Positions 44,525 through 53,408 are shown, counted from the first letter of the stretch. The stretch is DNA of 64,000 bases from an uncultured Thermoanaerobaculia bacterium (GCA_964420075.1 CAYQRE010000010.1:77885-141884); one strand, 5' to 3'. Notes: generated by a model from the letters alone, not told the origin. A program made the numbers and translations.

Positions 44525-45241
44525 TCAGGTCTTTCTCGCCAGCAGGATCATCCGCTCGCTGTCCGCCGAGTAGGTCTCGCCGTCGAAGGCGCCGTAGGCA
44601 GCCTCCAGCTCGAAGCCGGCCCAGCCGAGCCCGTTTCGCGCCTCGTCGAGGCGGTAGGCCCGCACGCTTTCGAGGTAGCTGCGCGCCGGTTCGCCGGCGC
44701 GGCCCACCCGGATGCGTTTGTTGATGCGCTGGGTCGCCGGGTCGTACCAGCGCTCGAGCTCCACCTCGCGACCGGAGACCACCTTGCTCTCGCGCGGCTT
44801 GAGGCCGCGGATCGCTGGTTCCGGGTTGAGCAGATCGAGGAGAAACCAGCCGCCGGGGGCCAGCACCCGCGCCACCTCTTGGAGGACGAGGAAGTTCTCC
44901 CGCTCGCTCTCGAAGTAGCCGAAGGAGGTGAAGAAGTTGAGCACCCAGCCGAAGCTCGCGAGCCGGAACGGCAAGCGTCGCATGTCGCCGCAAGCCCGCC
45001 GGCTGCCGGCGCGGTGGGCGAGCAAGGTGAGCGAGAGGTCGATGCCCACGGCGACGTGGCCGCGGGCGGTGAGCGCGTCGGAGTGCCGGCCGGCCCCGCA
45101 GGCGAGATCGAGGACCGGCGCCGGCACCGGCGCCGGCAGCCTCTCCACGACGAAGCCCACCTGGTGCTCTGCCTCGTCGCGGTCGCGGTGGGCGTAGAGG
45201 TCGAGATAGTCCTCGCCGAACCACTCGCGGTACCAGGTCAC
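44525..45241 (-). CDS. Class I SAM-dependent methyltransferase, first gene of the bsh operon
   Basis: VLDLACGAGRH, GIDLS, GDMRRLP, FFTSFGYF; 7-nt gap to bshC; TATCAT 8 nt upstream of GTG. Confidence 0.88.
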   Translation of the reverse strand: MTWYREWFGEDYLDLYAHRDRDEAEHQVGFVVERLPAPVPAPVLDLACGAGRHSDALTARGHVAVGIDLSLTLLAHRAGSRRACGDMRRLPFRLASFGWVLNFFTSFGYFESERENFLVLQEVARVLAPGGWFLLDLLNPEPAIRGLKPRESKVVSGREVELERWYDPATQRINKRIRVGRAGEPARSYLESVRAYRLDEARNGLGWAGFELEAAYGAFDGETYSADSERMILLARKT

Positions 45242-45324
45242 GGTGGCGGATGATAGCGCGCCCGCCGCGGCACCCGGTGCGCAGGCGGGCGCCGTGGCCG
45301 CGAGCCGCGCTATCCTCTGGCGCC

Positions 45325-45594
45325 ATGACGAGAAGGCAGGTCCTCCTCGGCTGCTTTGCGGCCGGCTTCGCCGCCCACTGCCTGGCGGCCACCGCCGTCT
45401 GGCGGGGCTGGGCCCACGGCACGCGCGGGGTCTGGCTCGTTTGGATGGACTTTCCGCTCTCTCTGCTGTGGCTTTCCGCTCGCGGGCCGGCGCTCTTCGC
45501 CTGGACCCTCCTCGGCGGCGGCCTGTGGTGGGGCCTGCTCACCGCCGGGCTCGCCTGGCTCACCGGCCGGTTGCTCTCCGGCCGCCGGGGCTGA
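45325..45594 (+). CDS. Small membrane protein (89 aa)
   Basis: TATCCT 8 nt before ATG; three hydrophobic Trp/Gly-rich segments; precedes dus by 11 nt. Confidence 0.65.
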   Translation: MTRRQVLLGCFAAGFAAHCLAATAVWRGWAHGTRGVWLVWMDFPLSLLWLSARGPALFAWTLLGGGLWWGLLTAGLAWLTGRLLSGRRG

Positions 45595-45605
45595 GGGACC
45601 GCCGG

Positions 45606-46589
45606 ATGCTCACGCTCGGCTCGCTCGCCATCGACCCGCCGCTCGTCCTCGCCCCGATGGCCGGGGTCACCGACCGCGACTTCCGGCTGATCCTGCGCCG
45701 GATCGGCGGCGTCGGCCTCCTGACCATGGAGTTCGTCTCTGCCAGGGGCCTGGTCCGCGGCGACCGCGGGGCACACGGGGTGATGGTCTTCAGCGCCGAG
45801 GAACGCCCGCTCGCCATCCAGATCTACGGCTCCGACGCTGACACCATGGCTGCCGCGGCCGGCCTGGTCGAGGCCGCGGGCGCCGACGTCTGCGACATCA
45901 ACATGGGCTGCCCGGCCAACAAGGTGCTGGCCGGCTGCGCCGGCGCCGCTCTGATGGGCGACCTGCGGCGAGCCCGCGAGATCATCACGCGGGTGCGGCG
46001 GGCCACCCGCCTGCCGCTCACCGTCAAGTTCCGCCTCGGCCTCGACGAGCCCCGTCGCAACTACCTGGAGCTCGGCCGGCTCTGCGAGGCCGAGGGCGTC
46101 GACGCCGTCACCCTGCATGGCCGCACGGCGCGGCAGATGTTCCGCGGCGAGGCCGCCTGGGAACCGATTGCCCGCCTCAAGGCGGCGCTCGCGATCCCGG
46201 TGATCGGCAATGGGGACGTCGAGAGCCCCGAGGACGCTGTCGCCCTGCTGCGCCAGACGGGTTGCGACGGGGTGATGATCGGGCGGGCCGCCACGCGGGA
46301 CCCTTGGATCTTCCGGCGGATCGCCGCCCGGCTCGCCGGTAGCGCCTTCCAGGCGCCCACCCTCGCCGAGCGCTGCCAGCTGATCGCCGACCACTTCGCG
46401 ACGGTGGTCGCTCGCGACGAGGAGGGCGAGGCCCTGCACAAGCTGCGCGTCTTCACCCGCTGGTACAGCCTCGGCCTGCCCGACGGCGCCCGCCTGCGCC
46501 AGCAGATGCAGCAGCTACCGACCACCGGGGCCTTCCTCGCTGCCGTCGACGGCTACTTCGCCGACCTCCTCGCCCGGGAGGCGGCTTGA
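45606..46589 (+). CDS. dusB: tRNA-dihydrouridine synthase (DusB-like)
   Basis: LAPMAGVTD, QIYG, DINMGCP, TVKFRLG, HGRT, GNGDV, DGVMIGRA. Confidence 0.9.
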   Translation: MLTLGSLAIDPPLVLAPMAGVTDRDFRLILRRIGGVGLLTMEFVSARGLVRGDRGAHGVMVFSAEERPLAIQIYGSDADTMAAAAGLVEAAGADVCDINMGCPANKVLAGCAGAALMGDLRRAREIITRVRRATRLPLTVKFRLGLDEPRRNYLELGRLCEAEGVDAVTLHGRTARQMFRGEAAWEPIARLKAALAIPVIGNGDVESPEDAVALLRQTGCDGVMIGRAATRDPWIFRRIAARLAGSAFQAPTLAERCQLIADHFATVVARDEEGEALHKLRVFTRWYSLGLPDGARLRQQMQQLPTTGAFLAAVDGYFADLLAREAA

Positions 46590-47053
46590 GCAGCGAGACC
46601 CTGGTGGGCCGCACCTACGGTCGCGTTCTCGCGGCCTGCGACGCCGAGGCGAGGGCGGCCCTCGGCCGCGCCGCCGAGCAATGGGGGGCCGAGTGGCTGC
46701 CGGCCGAAGGCACGCTCCACCTGCCGCTCTCGGCCGGGCTGCGGGCGGGCTTCGTCAGCTGCCAGACCCGCCTGGCGGCGGCTGGCGCGGCGACCGAGGT
46801 CACTCTCACGGTGGGCGCCGAGCGCTGGTTTCTCCGCCGCAACGCCGTCGCCGTGCTGGTGATCGGCGCTCTCGGCGGCGGCGCGGCCCTGCTTTGGCCG
46901 CTCTGGCCCGGCCTCACCCCGCTCGCGCCCTTGGGCGCCGTCCTGGTGCTCACCGCCTGGTTCCTGGTGATCTCACGGCTGACCACCAACACGCCGGACG
47001 ACTTCCTGCGCTTGGTGGACGACGAGTTGGCCGGCGACGGCGGGGCGGACTGA
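46586..47053 (+). CDS. Hypothetical protein with two C-terminal TM segments
   Basis: TTG start overlapping the dus stop (TTGA); coding-like bias. Confidence 0.65.
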   Translation: MSSETLVGRTYGRVLAACDAEARAALGRAAEQWGAEWLPAEGTLHLPLSAGLRAGFVSCQTRLAAAGAATEVTLTVGAERWFLRRNAVAVLVIGALGGGAALLWPLWPGLTPLAPLGAVLVLTAWFLVISRLTTNTPDDFLRLVDDELAGDGGAD

Positions 47054-47128
47054 GCACGGAATATCGCCCCGCCCCGGCGGGTTCTGGTGAACGGTTCTTT
47101 GGCAATCGAAGGGCGACAGGACGACCAA

Positions 47129-47484
47129 GGGGGCGTACCGGTTTCGACGGGGAGCTGGCGAGCGGGGGGTTGCGTGCCGAGCTCGGGCTCGTAAAAGCCG
47201 AAACAACACAACTGCCAACGACAACTTGGCTCTCGCGGCCTAACTAAGGGCTGCGACGTGCTGCCGGAGAGGCTGATCCGCCACTCCCCGGCAGCGCGCT
47301 ACTCGAGGCGGATCAAGGGCCCGGATGGCTCCGCGACGGGTTCCGAGATCAAAGCGAAGCTGGCCAATGCACTGGGTGCCTTCTTCCCCGGAGCGGCGGC
47401 GAGACCCAAAGAAGAAGGCTACGCACGTAGAGATCTTCCGTAAGCGTTTCTCGGACGTGGGTTCAATTCCCACCGCCTCCACCA
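47129..47484 (+). ncRNA. ssrA: tmRNA; tag peptide (A)ANDNLALAA at 47214-47243
   Basis: 5' GGGGGCGTACCGGTTTCGAC; 3' GGTTCAATTCCCACCGCCTCCACCA; acceptor stem with G3.U; tag gccaacgacaacttggctctcgcggcctaa. Confidence 0.96.
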
Positions 47485-48515
47485 CCCACCGCCCGTTCGA
47501 TGCTCCCCTCGTAGGGAGGGGCCAAGACTCCCACCTCGGTGATGATGCCGGCGATCAGCTCGTGCGGCGTCACGTCGAAAGCGAAGTTCAAGGCGCGGGT
47601 GCCCGCCGGCGCCACCTCCACCCCGAAGACCTCGGTGACCTCGCGGTCGGCGCGCACCTCGATCTCGATCTCTGCCCCGGTCGCCGTCTGCGGGTCGATG
47701 GTCGACAGCGGCGCCGCGACGTAGAACGGCACGCCATGCCGCGCCGCGAGCACCGCCAGGGTGTAGGTGCCGATCTTGTTCGCCGTGTCGCCGTTGGCCG
47801 CGATGCGGTCCGCTCCCACCACGGCGCGATCGACCAGCCCGCGGGCCATCAGCGCACCGACCGACGAGTCCGTCACCAGCTGGAAGGGGATCCCCAGGCG
47901 CTGGAGCTCCCAGGTGGTGAGGCGCGCCCCCTGGAGCAGCGGGCGGGTCTCGTCGACCCAGACGTGGCTCACCCCGCCGCGGCCGTGCGAGGTCTGGATC
48001 ACGCCCAGAGCGGTGCCGATGCCGGCGGTGGCGAGCGCCCCGGTGTTGCAGTGGGTGATCACCCGGTCACCGGGCTGGAAGAGGGCGGCGCCATGCTCGC
48101 CGATCGCCCGGTTGGTCGCCACGTCGGCGGCGTGGAGCTCCTCGGCCCAGCGCAGCATCACCGCCACCGCCTCCTCGCGGCTGCCGCCGGCGAGGGGCGC
48201 GAAGACCTCACGGCCACGATCGAGGGCCCAGCGCAGGTTGACGGCGGTCGGCCGTGTCGAGCCCAAGAGGTCGGAAACCGCGGCAAAACGCTCGGCGAGG
48301 CTTATTCCCGCCGGCGTCGTCGCCAACCCCACGACCAAGCCGAAGGCGGCGGCGACGCCGATCGCCGGCGCCCCACGCACCGCCAGGCGACGGATCGCCT
48401 CGGCCACGGCCTCGGGCTCGCGGCAGGCGAGCCAGACCTCCTCGCGGGGCAGGCGGGTCTGGTCGAGCAGCTGCAGCGTTGCGTCCTTCCAGGCGATTGG
48501 GCTGAAATTTTCCAT
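47463..48515 (-). CDS. mtnA: S-methyl-5-thioribose-1-phosphate isomerase
   Basis: LLDQTRLP, VRGAPAIG, RPTAVNL, THCNTGALAT, ETRPLLQGARLT, GADRIAANGDTANKIGTY, FDVTP. Confidence 0.94.
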   Translation of the reverse strand: MENFSPIAWKDATLQLLDQTRLPREEVWLACREPEAVAEAIRRLAVRGAPAIGVAAAFGLVVGLATTPAGISLAERFAAVSDLLGSTRPTAVNLRWALDRGREVFAPLAGGSREEAVAVMLRWAEELHAADVATNRAIGEHGAALFQPGDRVITHCNTGALATAGIGTALGVIQTSHGRGGVSHVWVDETRPLLQGARLTTWELQRLGIPFQLVTDSSVGALMARGLVDRAVVGADRIAANGDTANKIGTYTLAVLAARHGVPFYVAAPLSTIDPQTATGAEIEIEVRADREVTEVFGVEVAPAGTRALNFAFDVTPHELIAGIITEVGVLAPPYEGSIERAVGGGGGGN

Positions 48516-48661
48516 GACGGCGCGATCTTACGACGAGGGTGCGTGCGCAGCCGCGGAGGGGGACAGGCGGGCTGCTACAATCCGCGCCCATCTCGCCACC
48601 GTCGGCGCAGCGGCCCGCGCCCCCGAGGCAAGGCACTCACTCTCTGTCCAGGAGTCATCCC

Positions 48662-49822
48662 GTGAAAGGCGACGCCAGCCAGCTGGGTTTTGCCACCCGC
48701 GCCATCCACGCCGGGCAGGTCCCCGACCCGTCCACCGGGGCCGTCGCGGTCCCCATCTACCAGACCTCGACCTACGTCCACGAGCGGGTGGGCGAGAACA
48801 AGGGCTACGACTACGCTCGCGGCCAGAACCCCACCCGCCAGGCCCTCGAACGCAACCTCGCCTCACTCGAGGGCGGCGTGGCGGGTCACGCTTTCGCCTC
48901 CGGGATGGCCGCAATCTCGGCGGTGGTGAGCGCTGTGCGCAGCGGCGAGCGCGTGGTGGTCTCCCGCACCGTCTACGGCGGCACATTCCGCTACTTCACC
49001 CAAGTGCTCGACCGCACGGAGATCGAGTTCGTCTGGGTGGACACCACGGACCTCGCTGCCGTCGAGGCAGCCCTCGCACCGGGCGCTCGGCTGCTCTACG
49101 TCGAGACCCCGACCAACCCGCTGATCGAGGTCACCGACCTCGCCGCCTGTGCCCAGCTGGCGCACGCCCACGGTGCCCAGCTGGTGGTCGACAACACTTT
49201 CATGAGCCCGTACTTCCAGCGCCCGCTGGAGCTCGGCGCCGACATCGTGCTGCACTCGGCCACCAAGTACCTCGGCGGCCACAGCGATTGCCTGGCCGGG
49301 ATCACCGTCGCCAAGAGCCAGGCCGATGCGGACTGGCTCGGCTTCGTGCAGAAGTCGGCCGGCGCCATCCTCGGCCCCCTGGACAGCTTCCTGGTGCTGC
49401 GGGGGATCAAGACCCTGGCCGTGCGCATGGATCGCCACGAGGAGAACGCGCGGGCGATCGCCCGCTTCCTCGTCGAGCACCCGAAGGTCCAGCGGGTCTT
49501 CTACCCCGGCCTCGTCGACCATCCGGGCCACGAGGTCCAGAAGCGGCAGGCGGGCGGCTTCGGCGGCATGATCGCTCTCGAGCTGGGCAGCCTCACGGCG
49601 GCGCGGAGCTTCCTCGACGCGCTACAAGTGGTGAGCCTCGCCGAGAGCCTCGGCGGCGTCGAGAGCCTCGCCTCGCACCCCGCCTTGATGACCCACGCCT
49701 CGGTGCCGGCCGCTCGGCGCGCCGAGCAGGGCATCACCGACGGCCTGGTGCGCATTTCCGTGGGGATCGAGGACCTGGACGACCTGCTGACCGACCTCGA
49801 TCGCGCCCTCGCCGCGATCTGA
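48662..49822 (+). CDS. PLP-dependent cystathionine gamma-synthase/lyase (Cys/Met metabolism family)
   Basis: AGGAG SD with GTG; TRAIHAGQ, PIYQTSTY, NPTR, FASGMAA, ETPTNP, VDNTF, HSATKYLGGHSD, AESLGGVESL. Confidence 0.93.
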   Translation: MKGDASQLGFATRAIHAGQVPDPSTGAVAVPIYQTSTYVHERVGENKGYDYARGQNPTRQALERNLASLEGGVAGHAFASGMAAISAVVSAVRSGERVVVSRTVYGGTFRYFTQVLDRTEIEFVWVDTTDLAAVEAALAPGARLLYVETPTNPLIEVTDLAACAQLAHAHGAQLVVDNTFMSPYFQRPLELGADIVLHSATKYLGGHSDCLAGITVAKSQADADWLGFVQKSAGAILGPLDSFLVLRGIKTLAVRMDRHEENARAIARFLVEHPKVQRVFYPGLVDHPGHEVQKRQAGGFGGMIALELGSLTAARSFLDALQVVSLAESLGGVESLASHPALMTHASVPAARRAEQGITDGLVRISVGIEDLDDLLTDLDRALAAI

Positions 49823-49827
49823 TCGCC

Positions 49828-49851
49828 AGGGGCGAAAGACCTTTCGCCCCT
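49828..49851. terminator. Perfect hairpin between convergent genes (terminator or REP-like)
   Basis: aggggcgaaa-gacc-tttcgcccct; a second small hairpin and a T-run follow. Confidence 0.6.
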
Positions 49852-49898
49852 ACGGCCCCGGCATCGCCGGTGGAGCTTTTTTCTGTGGTCGGGTAGCC

Positions 49899-50270
49899 CT
49901 ACTCGTAGGCGAGGTCGTCCTCGTCGTCGTCCTCTTCATCGTCGAACTCGGCGTCCTTGTCGACCGAGTCGGCGATCCAGGCGACGAAACGCGGGTCCCC
50001 CTTGGGGACGCTCACGGCGAGGATCTCGGGGAGCTCGTAGTTGTGCAGCTCGCGGATGGTCTCCGCCACCGCCTCGAACTCCGTGTCCTGGGTCTTGATG
50101 ATCAGCATGAACTCGTCGTCCTTGCAGATCTTGCCCTGCCAGCGGTAGATCGAGCGGACGCCGGGCAGGATGTTGACGCAGGCGGCCTGGCGGCGGGCGA
50201 CGAGCTCGCGCGCGATGAGATTGGCCTGGTTCTCCGTACCGACGGTGGTCACCACGGCGATCACGCGCAT
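49899..50270 (-). CDS. cutA: Divalent-cation tolerance protein CutA
   Basis: LVARRQAACVNILPGVRSIYRWQG, HNYELPEI; acidic tail. Confidence 0.92.
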   Translation of the reverse strand: MRVIAVVTTVGTENQANLIARELVARRQAACVNILPGVRSIYRWQGKICKDDEFMLIIKTQDTEFEAVAETIRELHNYELPEILAVSVPKGDPRFVAWIADSVDKDAEFDDEEDDDEDDLAYE

Positions 50271-50379
50271 CGGTCGACGTTACTCCAAGGCGTCGCGGGC
50301 CGTCAACGCCGCGAGGAGAGCGCCGCTCTCGGCCCCCGGTGCGGCGATCGGGAGCGCGCGAGGCGCTCCCGACGGGCCC

Positions 50380-50979
50380 TCAGGGCCGCCGCCAGAGCTC
50401 GTTCTCGGGGTCGTAGACGAGGATCCGCACGCGCCCGCTCGCCCCGAGCACGCGCACGGCCGCGAGGCTGGAGCGATGGTCTGTCAGGTAGACCGTCCCC
50501 GGCGTGGCGCCGCCGAGGGAGCTCACGGCCGCGATGTCGGAGTTGTTGAAGCGAATCGGATCGTCGAGTCGGTCGAGGCGCCGACGAGGGCTGCCGGGAT
50601 CGCGCGGCGCGGGTGGCGCGAGGATACCGAAGCCGACCCCGGGGCCCAGGTGATCGAGGCGGTGCGGCGGCCCCATCACCGGGTCGATGCCTGCCGCGAT
50701 GTCGTCGTTGCGCACGCCGTCACCGTCGGCGTCGCGGTAGAGGGTGTAGCTCACGGTGCCGTCCTCGGCGGTAACGAACTTCGCCCCCACGTTGAGGCCG
50801 TCCCGCATCGCCGTCGCCCGTGCCAGGCGGAAGACGCCGGCCACCTCGTAGGCGGCGAGGGTCACCCGGTCACGGGCGCTCGCCCGCAGGAGGTCCGGGA
50901 GGCCGAGTGCCGCGAAGAGCCCGATCATCGCCAGGGCGACGACCAGTTCGATGAGCTGAAATCCTGCCTGCTTGTGCAT
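50380..50979 (-). CDS. Prepilin-type (GspH/FimT-like) minor pilin
   Basis: Class III signal QAG|FQLIELVV with E5; hydrophobic N-helix; RLARATAM. Confidence 0.85.
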   Translation of the reverse strand: MHKQAGFQLIELVVALAMIGLFAALGLPDLLRASARDRVTLAAYEVAGVFRLARATAMRDGLNVGAKFVTAEDGTVSYTLYRDADGDGVRNDDIAAGIDPVMGPPHRLDHLGPGVGFGILAPPAPRDPGSPRRRLDRLDDPIRFNNSDIAAVSSLGGATPGTVYLTDHRSSLAAVRVLGASGRVRILVYDPENELWRRP

Positions 50980-51027
50980 CGTGCACCGTCCTTGACGAAG
51001 GGAGGGGTCCGGCTTTCAAGGGGGGAA

Positions 51028-51052
51028 GGGGCGGGGCAGCACGCCCCGCCCC
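51028..51052. terminator. GC hairpin between comEA and the pilin gene
   Basis: ggggcggggc-agcac-gccccgcccc. Confidence 0.45.
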
Positions 51053-51069
51053 CAAGACTGCTCGACGAC

Positions 51070-51420
51070 CTACTCCTCGCTCGGCGCTGCGGCCTGCTGG
51101 CTGCGCGGCGAGCGGACCTTCTCCTTGAGCGTGGTGGGGCCGCTGACGGTCACGTAGGGCTCGATCAGCGCCAGCGTCTTCTCGCCGATGCCACGGACCA
51201 GCAGCAGCTCGTCGACCTTCTTGAAGTTGCCGTTCTTTTCGCGGTGCTCGACGATCCGCGAGGCGACCGCCGGCCCCACCCGCGGCAGCAGCGCGAGCTC
51301 GCTCGCCGAGGCGGTGTTGAGGTTGACGACTCCCTTGCTCTCGGCGGCGAAGCCGGGCACGGCGAGGAGGGCGAGAGCGACGACGACGAAGGCGGCAGCG
51401 AAGCGACGGGTGCGGTTCAT
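51070..51420 (-). CDS. comEA: ComEA-family helix-hairpin-helix DNA-binding protein
   Basis: AAGGAG SD; signal peptide; VNLNTASASEL, LPRVGPAVA, REKNGNFKKVDELL.VRGIGEK. Confidence 0.9.
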   Translation of the reverse strand: MNRTRRFAAAFVVVALALLAVPGFAAESKGVVNLNTASASELALLPRVGPAVASRIVEHREKNGNFKKVDELLLVRGIGEKTLALIEPYVTVSGPTTLKEKVRSPRSQQAAAPSEE

Positions 51421-51525
51421 GGTGTTCTCCTTGTTCGATCTGGCAGTCGGGGACTGCGGTTTGGTTTGGGCTTGCTTCTCGCCGGCACCAGGCATCGCTG
51501 GCCGGCGTCTTGTCAGTTCGGTGAT

Positions 51526-51600
51526 GGGGCCCCCTTGCGGGGCCCCGGTTCCTTACCGTCTGGATTTGCTCTTGGCTTTCTCTGGCCTCCCACCTCCTTT
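51526..51600 (-). promoter_or_regulatory. Structured leader upstream of comEA: 10-nt perfect anti-SD complement plus an 8-bp hairpin
   Basis: Minus strand AAAGGAGGTG (51600-51591) with no start codon at normal spacing; hairpin GGGGCCCC-GCAAG-GGGGCCCC (51546-51526). Confidence 0.45.
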
Positions 51601-51910
51601 CTCCGGTCAGTGGCTGGCCAGGACGTAGATCAAGCCCGCTGCCAGGTCGTGCCAGGCTGCGCAAGTAACTGAAAACAGAGCAGTTGTTCGATTTGGCTAG
51701 AGGCCGTGGCAGCGGTCGGGCCGCAAGCGAGCTTGCGGCGACCGGGCTCGCGCCAGGGCGCGGCGACGGTCAACGCCCGTGGCAGCGAGCTCACGTGGGG
51801 AGCGCAGAGGATTGTGACGGGGGCAAAATGCTCTGCGGCTACCGGGGGCGGGTAGCGCGGAGGCCGGGGCGGTGGCGGTCGGGGGCGGCTTCGGTTAGAT
51901 TTGGCCGGCG

Positions 51911-52624
51911 ATGACCCAGTCCAGCACGAGGCCCCACTCCAAGTTCCGCGAGTACGCCGAGGCGATCCTCATCGCGGTGCTCTTCTTGAAGTTTGCCAAC
52001 ACGTTCGTCTTGCAGACCTTCTTCATCCCCAGCGGCTCGATGGAAGACACGCTGCTGATCGGCGATCACCTGTTCGTGAACCGCTTCATCTACGCCACTG
52101 AAGGGCCGCTGACGGGTGCGAGCTTCCTGCCTTCGCGGACCGTCCAGCGGGGCGACATCGTGATCTTCCGCTCGGTCGAAGACCCGAGCGTCGACCTCGT
52201 CAAGCGCTGCGTCGGCTTGCCGGGTGACGAGCTCAAGATGGTGGCGAAGCAGCTCTACGTCAACGGCCAACGGGTCGAAGACTCGAGCTACGCCCTGCAC
52301 AAGGAGGCCGGCGCCTTCGCCGCCGATCCGCGCACCCGCGCCTACGTGCAGAAGCGGGACAACTTCGACAGTTTCGTGGTGCCGCCCGACCATTACTTTT
52401 GCCTCGGCGACAACCGCGACAACTCCCACGACTCACGCTTTTGGGGTCCGCTTCCTGCCGAGAACGTGCGCGGGCGGGCACTGCTGATCTACTGGTCGAA
52501 CGGCGGCGAGACGCCCGACGGCAAGTGGCGCGGCATCGGCAACACCCTGGCTCACCTTGCCAAGACTGCGCTCGGCTTCTTTTCCAACACCCGTTGGGAG
52601 CGCACCCTTGACCTCATCCGCTGA
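51911..52624 (+). CDS. lepB: Signal peptidase I
   Basis: EYAEAILIA, FIPSGSMEDTLLIGD (Ser), VKRCVG (Lys), GDNRDNSHDSRFWG. Confidence 0.93.
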   Translation: MTQSSTRPHSKFREYAEAILIAVLFLKFANTFVLQTFFIPSGSMEDTLLIGDHLFVNRFIYATEGPLTGASFLPSRTVQRGDIVIFRSVEDPSVDLVKRCVGLPGDELKMVAKQLYVNGQRVEDSSYALHKEAGAFAADPRTRAYVQKRDNFDSFVVPPDHYFCLGDNRDNSHDSRFWGPLPAENVRGRALLIYWSNGGETPDGKWRGIGNTLAHLAKTALGFFSNTRWERTLDLIR

Positions 52625-53345
52625 TGGCGGCGGTGCCGGCGCCAGGCGTTGGCTCGCCAACGCCTGTGGCCTCACTCGCGAGCTGGGCGAGGCCTTCCTC
52701 ATCGCCGTGCTCTTCGCCCTCTTCGTCCGTACCTTCGTCTTCCAGGCCTTCCGCATCCCCTCGAGCTCGATGGAGCAGAACCTCCTGGTGGGCGACCACA
52801 TCCTGGTCAACAAGTTCGTCTACTCGCCCGGCGCCACGGCGGTCGAGCGGTTGCTCCTGCCGGAACGACGGGTCGAGCGCGGCGACGTGGTCGTCTTCCG
52901 CTTTCCCCGCGACCCCAGCCGCGACTTCATCAAGCGCTGCCTGGGACTGCCGGGAGATGTCGTCGAGCTGCGCGACAAGCACCTGTTGATCAACGGCCGG
53001 CCCCTGGCGGAGAGCGCCTACGCCTACTTCGCCGAGGACCACAGCCCTCGCGCGCCGGGCTATCAGCCCCGCGGGCTCGTGCCGCGGGACAACATGGGCC
53101 CGCTCACGGTGCCGCCGGGCGAGTATTTCTGCCTCGGCGACAACCGCGACCTCTCGAACGACTCGCGGTTCTGGGGCACGGTGCCGGCCCGTTTCGTCAA
53201 GGGCCGCGCGCTGCTGATCTACTGGTCGTCGGTCGAGACCGCCGCTTCAGACCTGCCTGCACCGCCAGCAGCCGGCCTCTGGGCACGCCTGCGACGCCTG
53301 CTCGCCGCCACTCGCTGGGAACGCTGCCTGCGCGTCGTGCGTTGA
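52608..53345 (+). CDS. lepB: Signal peptidase I, tandem second copy
   Basis: ELGEAFLIA, IPSSSMEQNLLVGD, IKRCLG, GDNRDLSNDSRFWG; start inferred at TTG 52608 with GGGAG 7 nt upstream. Confidence 0.88.
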   Translation: MTSSADGGGAGARRWLANACGLTRELGEAFLIAVLFALFVRTFVFQAFRIPSSSMEQNLLVGDHILVNKFVYSPGATAVERLLLPERRVERGDVVVFRFPRDPSRDFIKRCLGLPGDVVELRDKHLLINGRPLAESAYAYFAEDHSPRAPGYQPRGLVPRDNMGPLTVPPGEYFCLGDNRDLSNDSRFWGTVPARFVKGRALLIYWSSVETAASDLPAPPAAGLWARLRRLLAATRWERCLRVVR

Positions 53346-53408
53346 GCCTGGTCCCGGGCGGAACGCCCTGGGCTGGTACACTACGCCGAGCCTTCGAAGG
53401 GGGTCCGC

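Noticed and set aside
47240-47485. 81-aa ORF MVEAVGIEPTSEK
   Set aside because: It is the antisense reading of tmRNA, a common false call.
48582-48661. Possible SAM riboswitch in the cystathionine lyase leader
   Set aside because: I could not find SAM-I or SAM-II core motifs in the 80-nt leader; an Rfam scan would be needed.
52608-52700. Possible frameshift at the start of the second lepB (ATG 52624 is out of frame)
   Set aside because: An in-frame TTG at 52608 with a GGGAG SD explains the gene without a frameshift.
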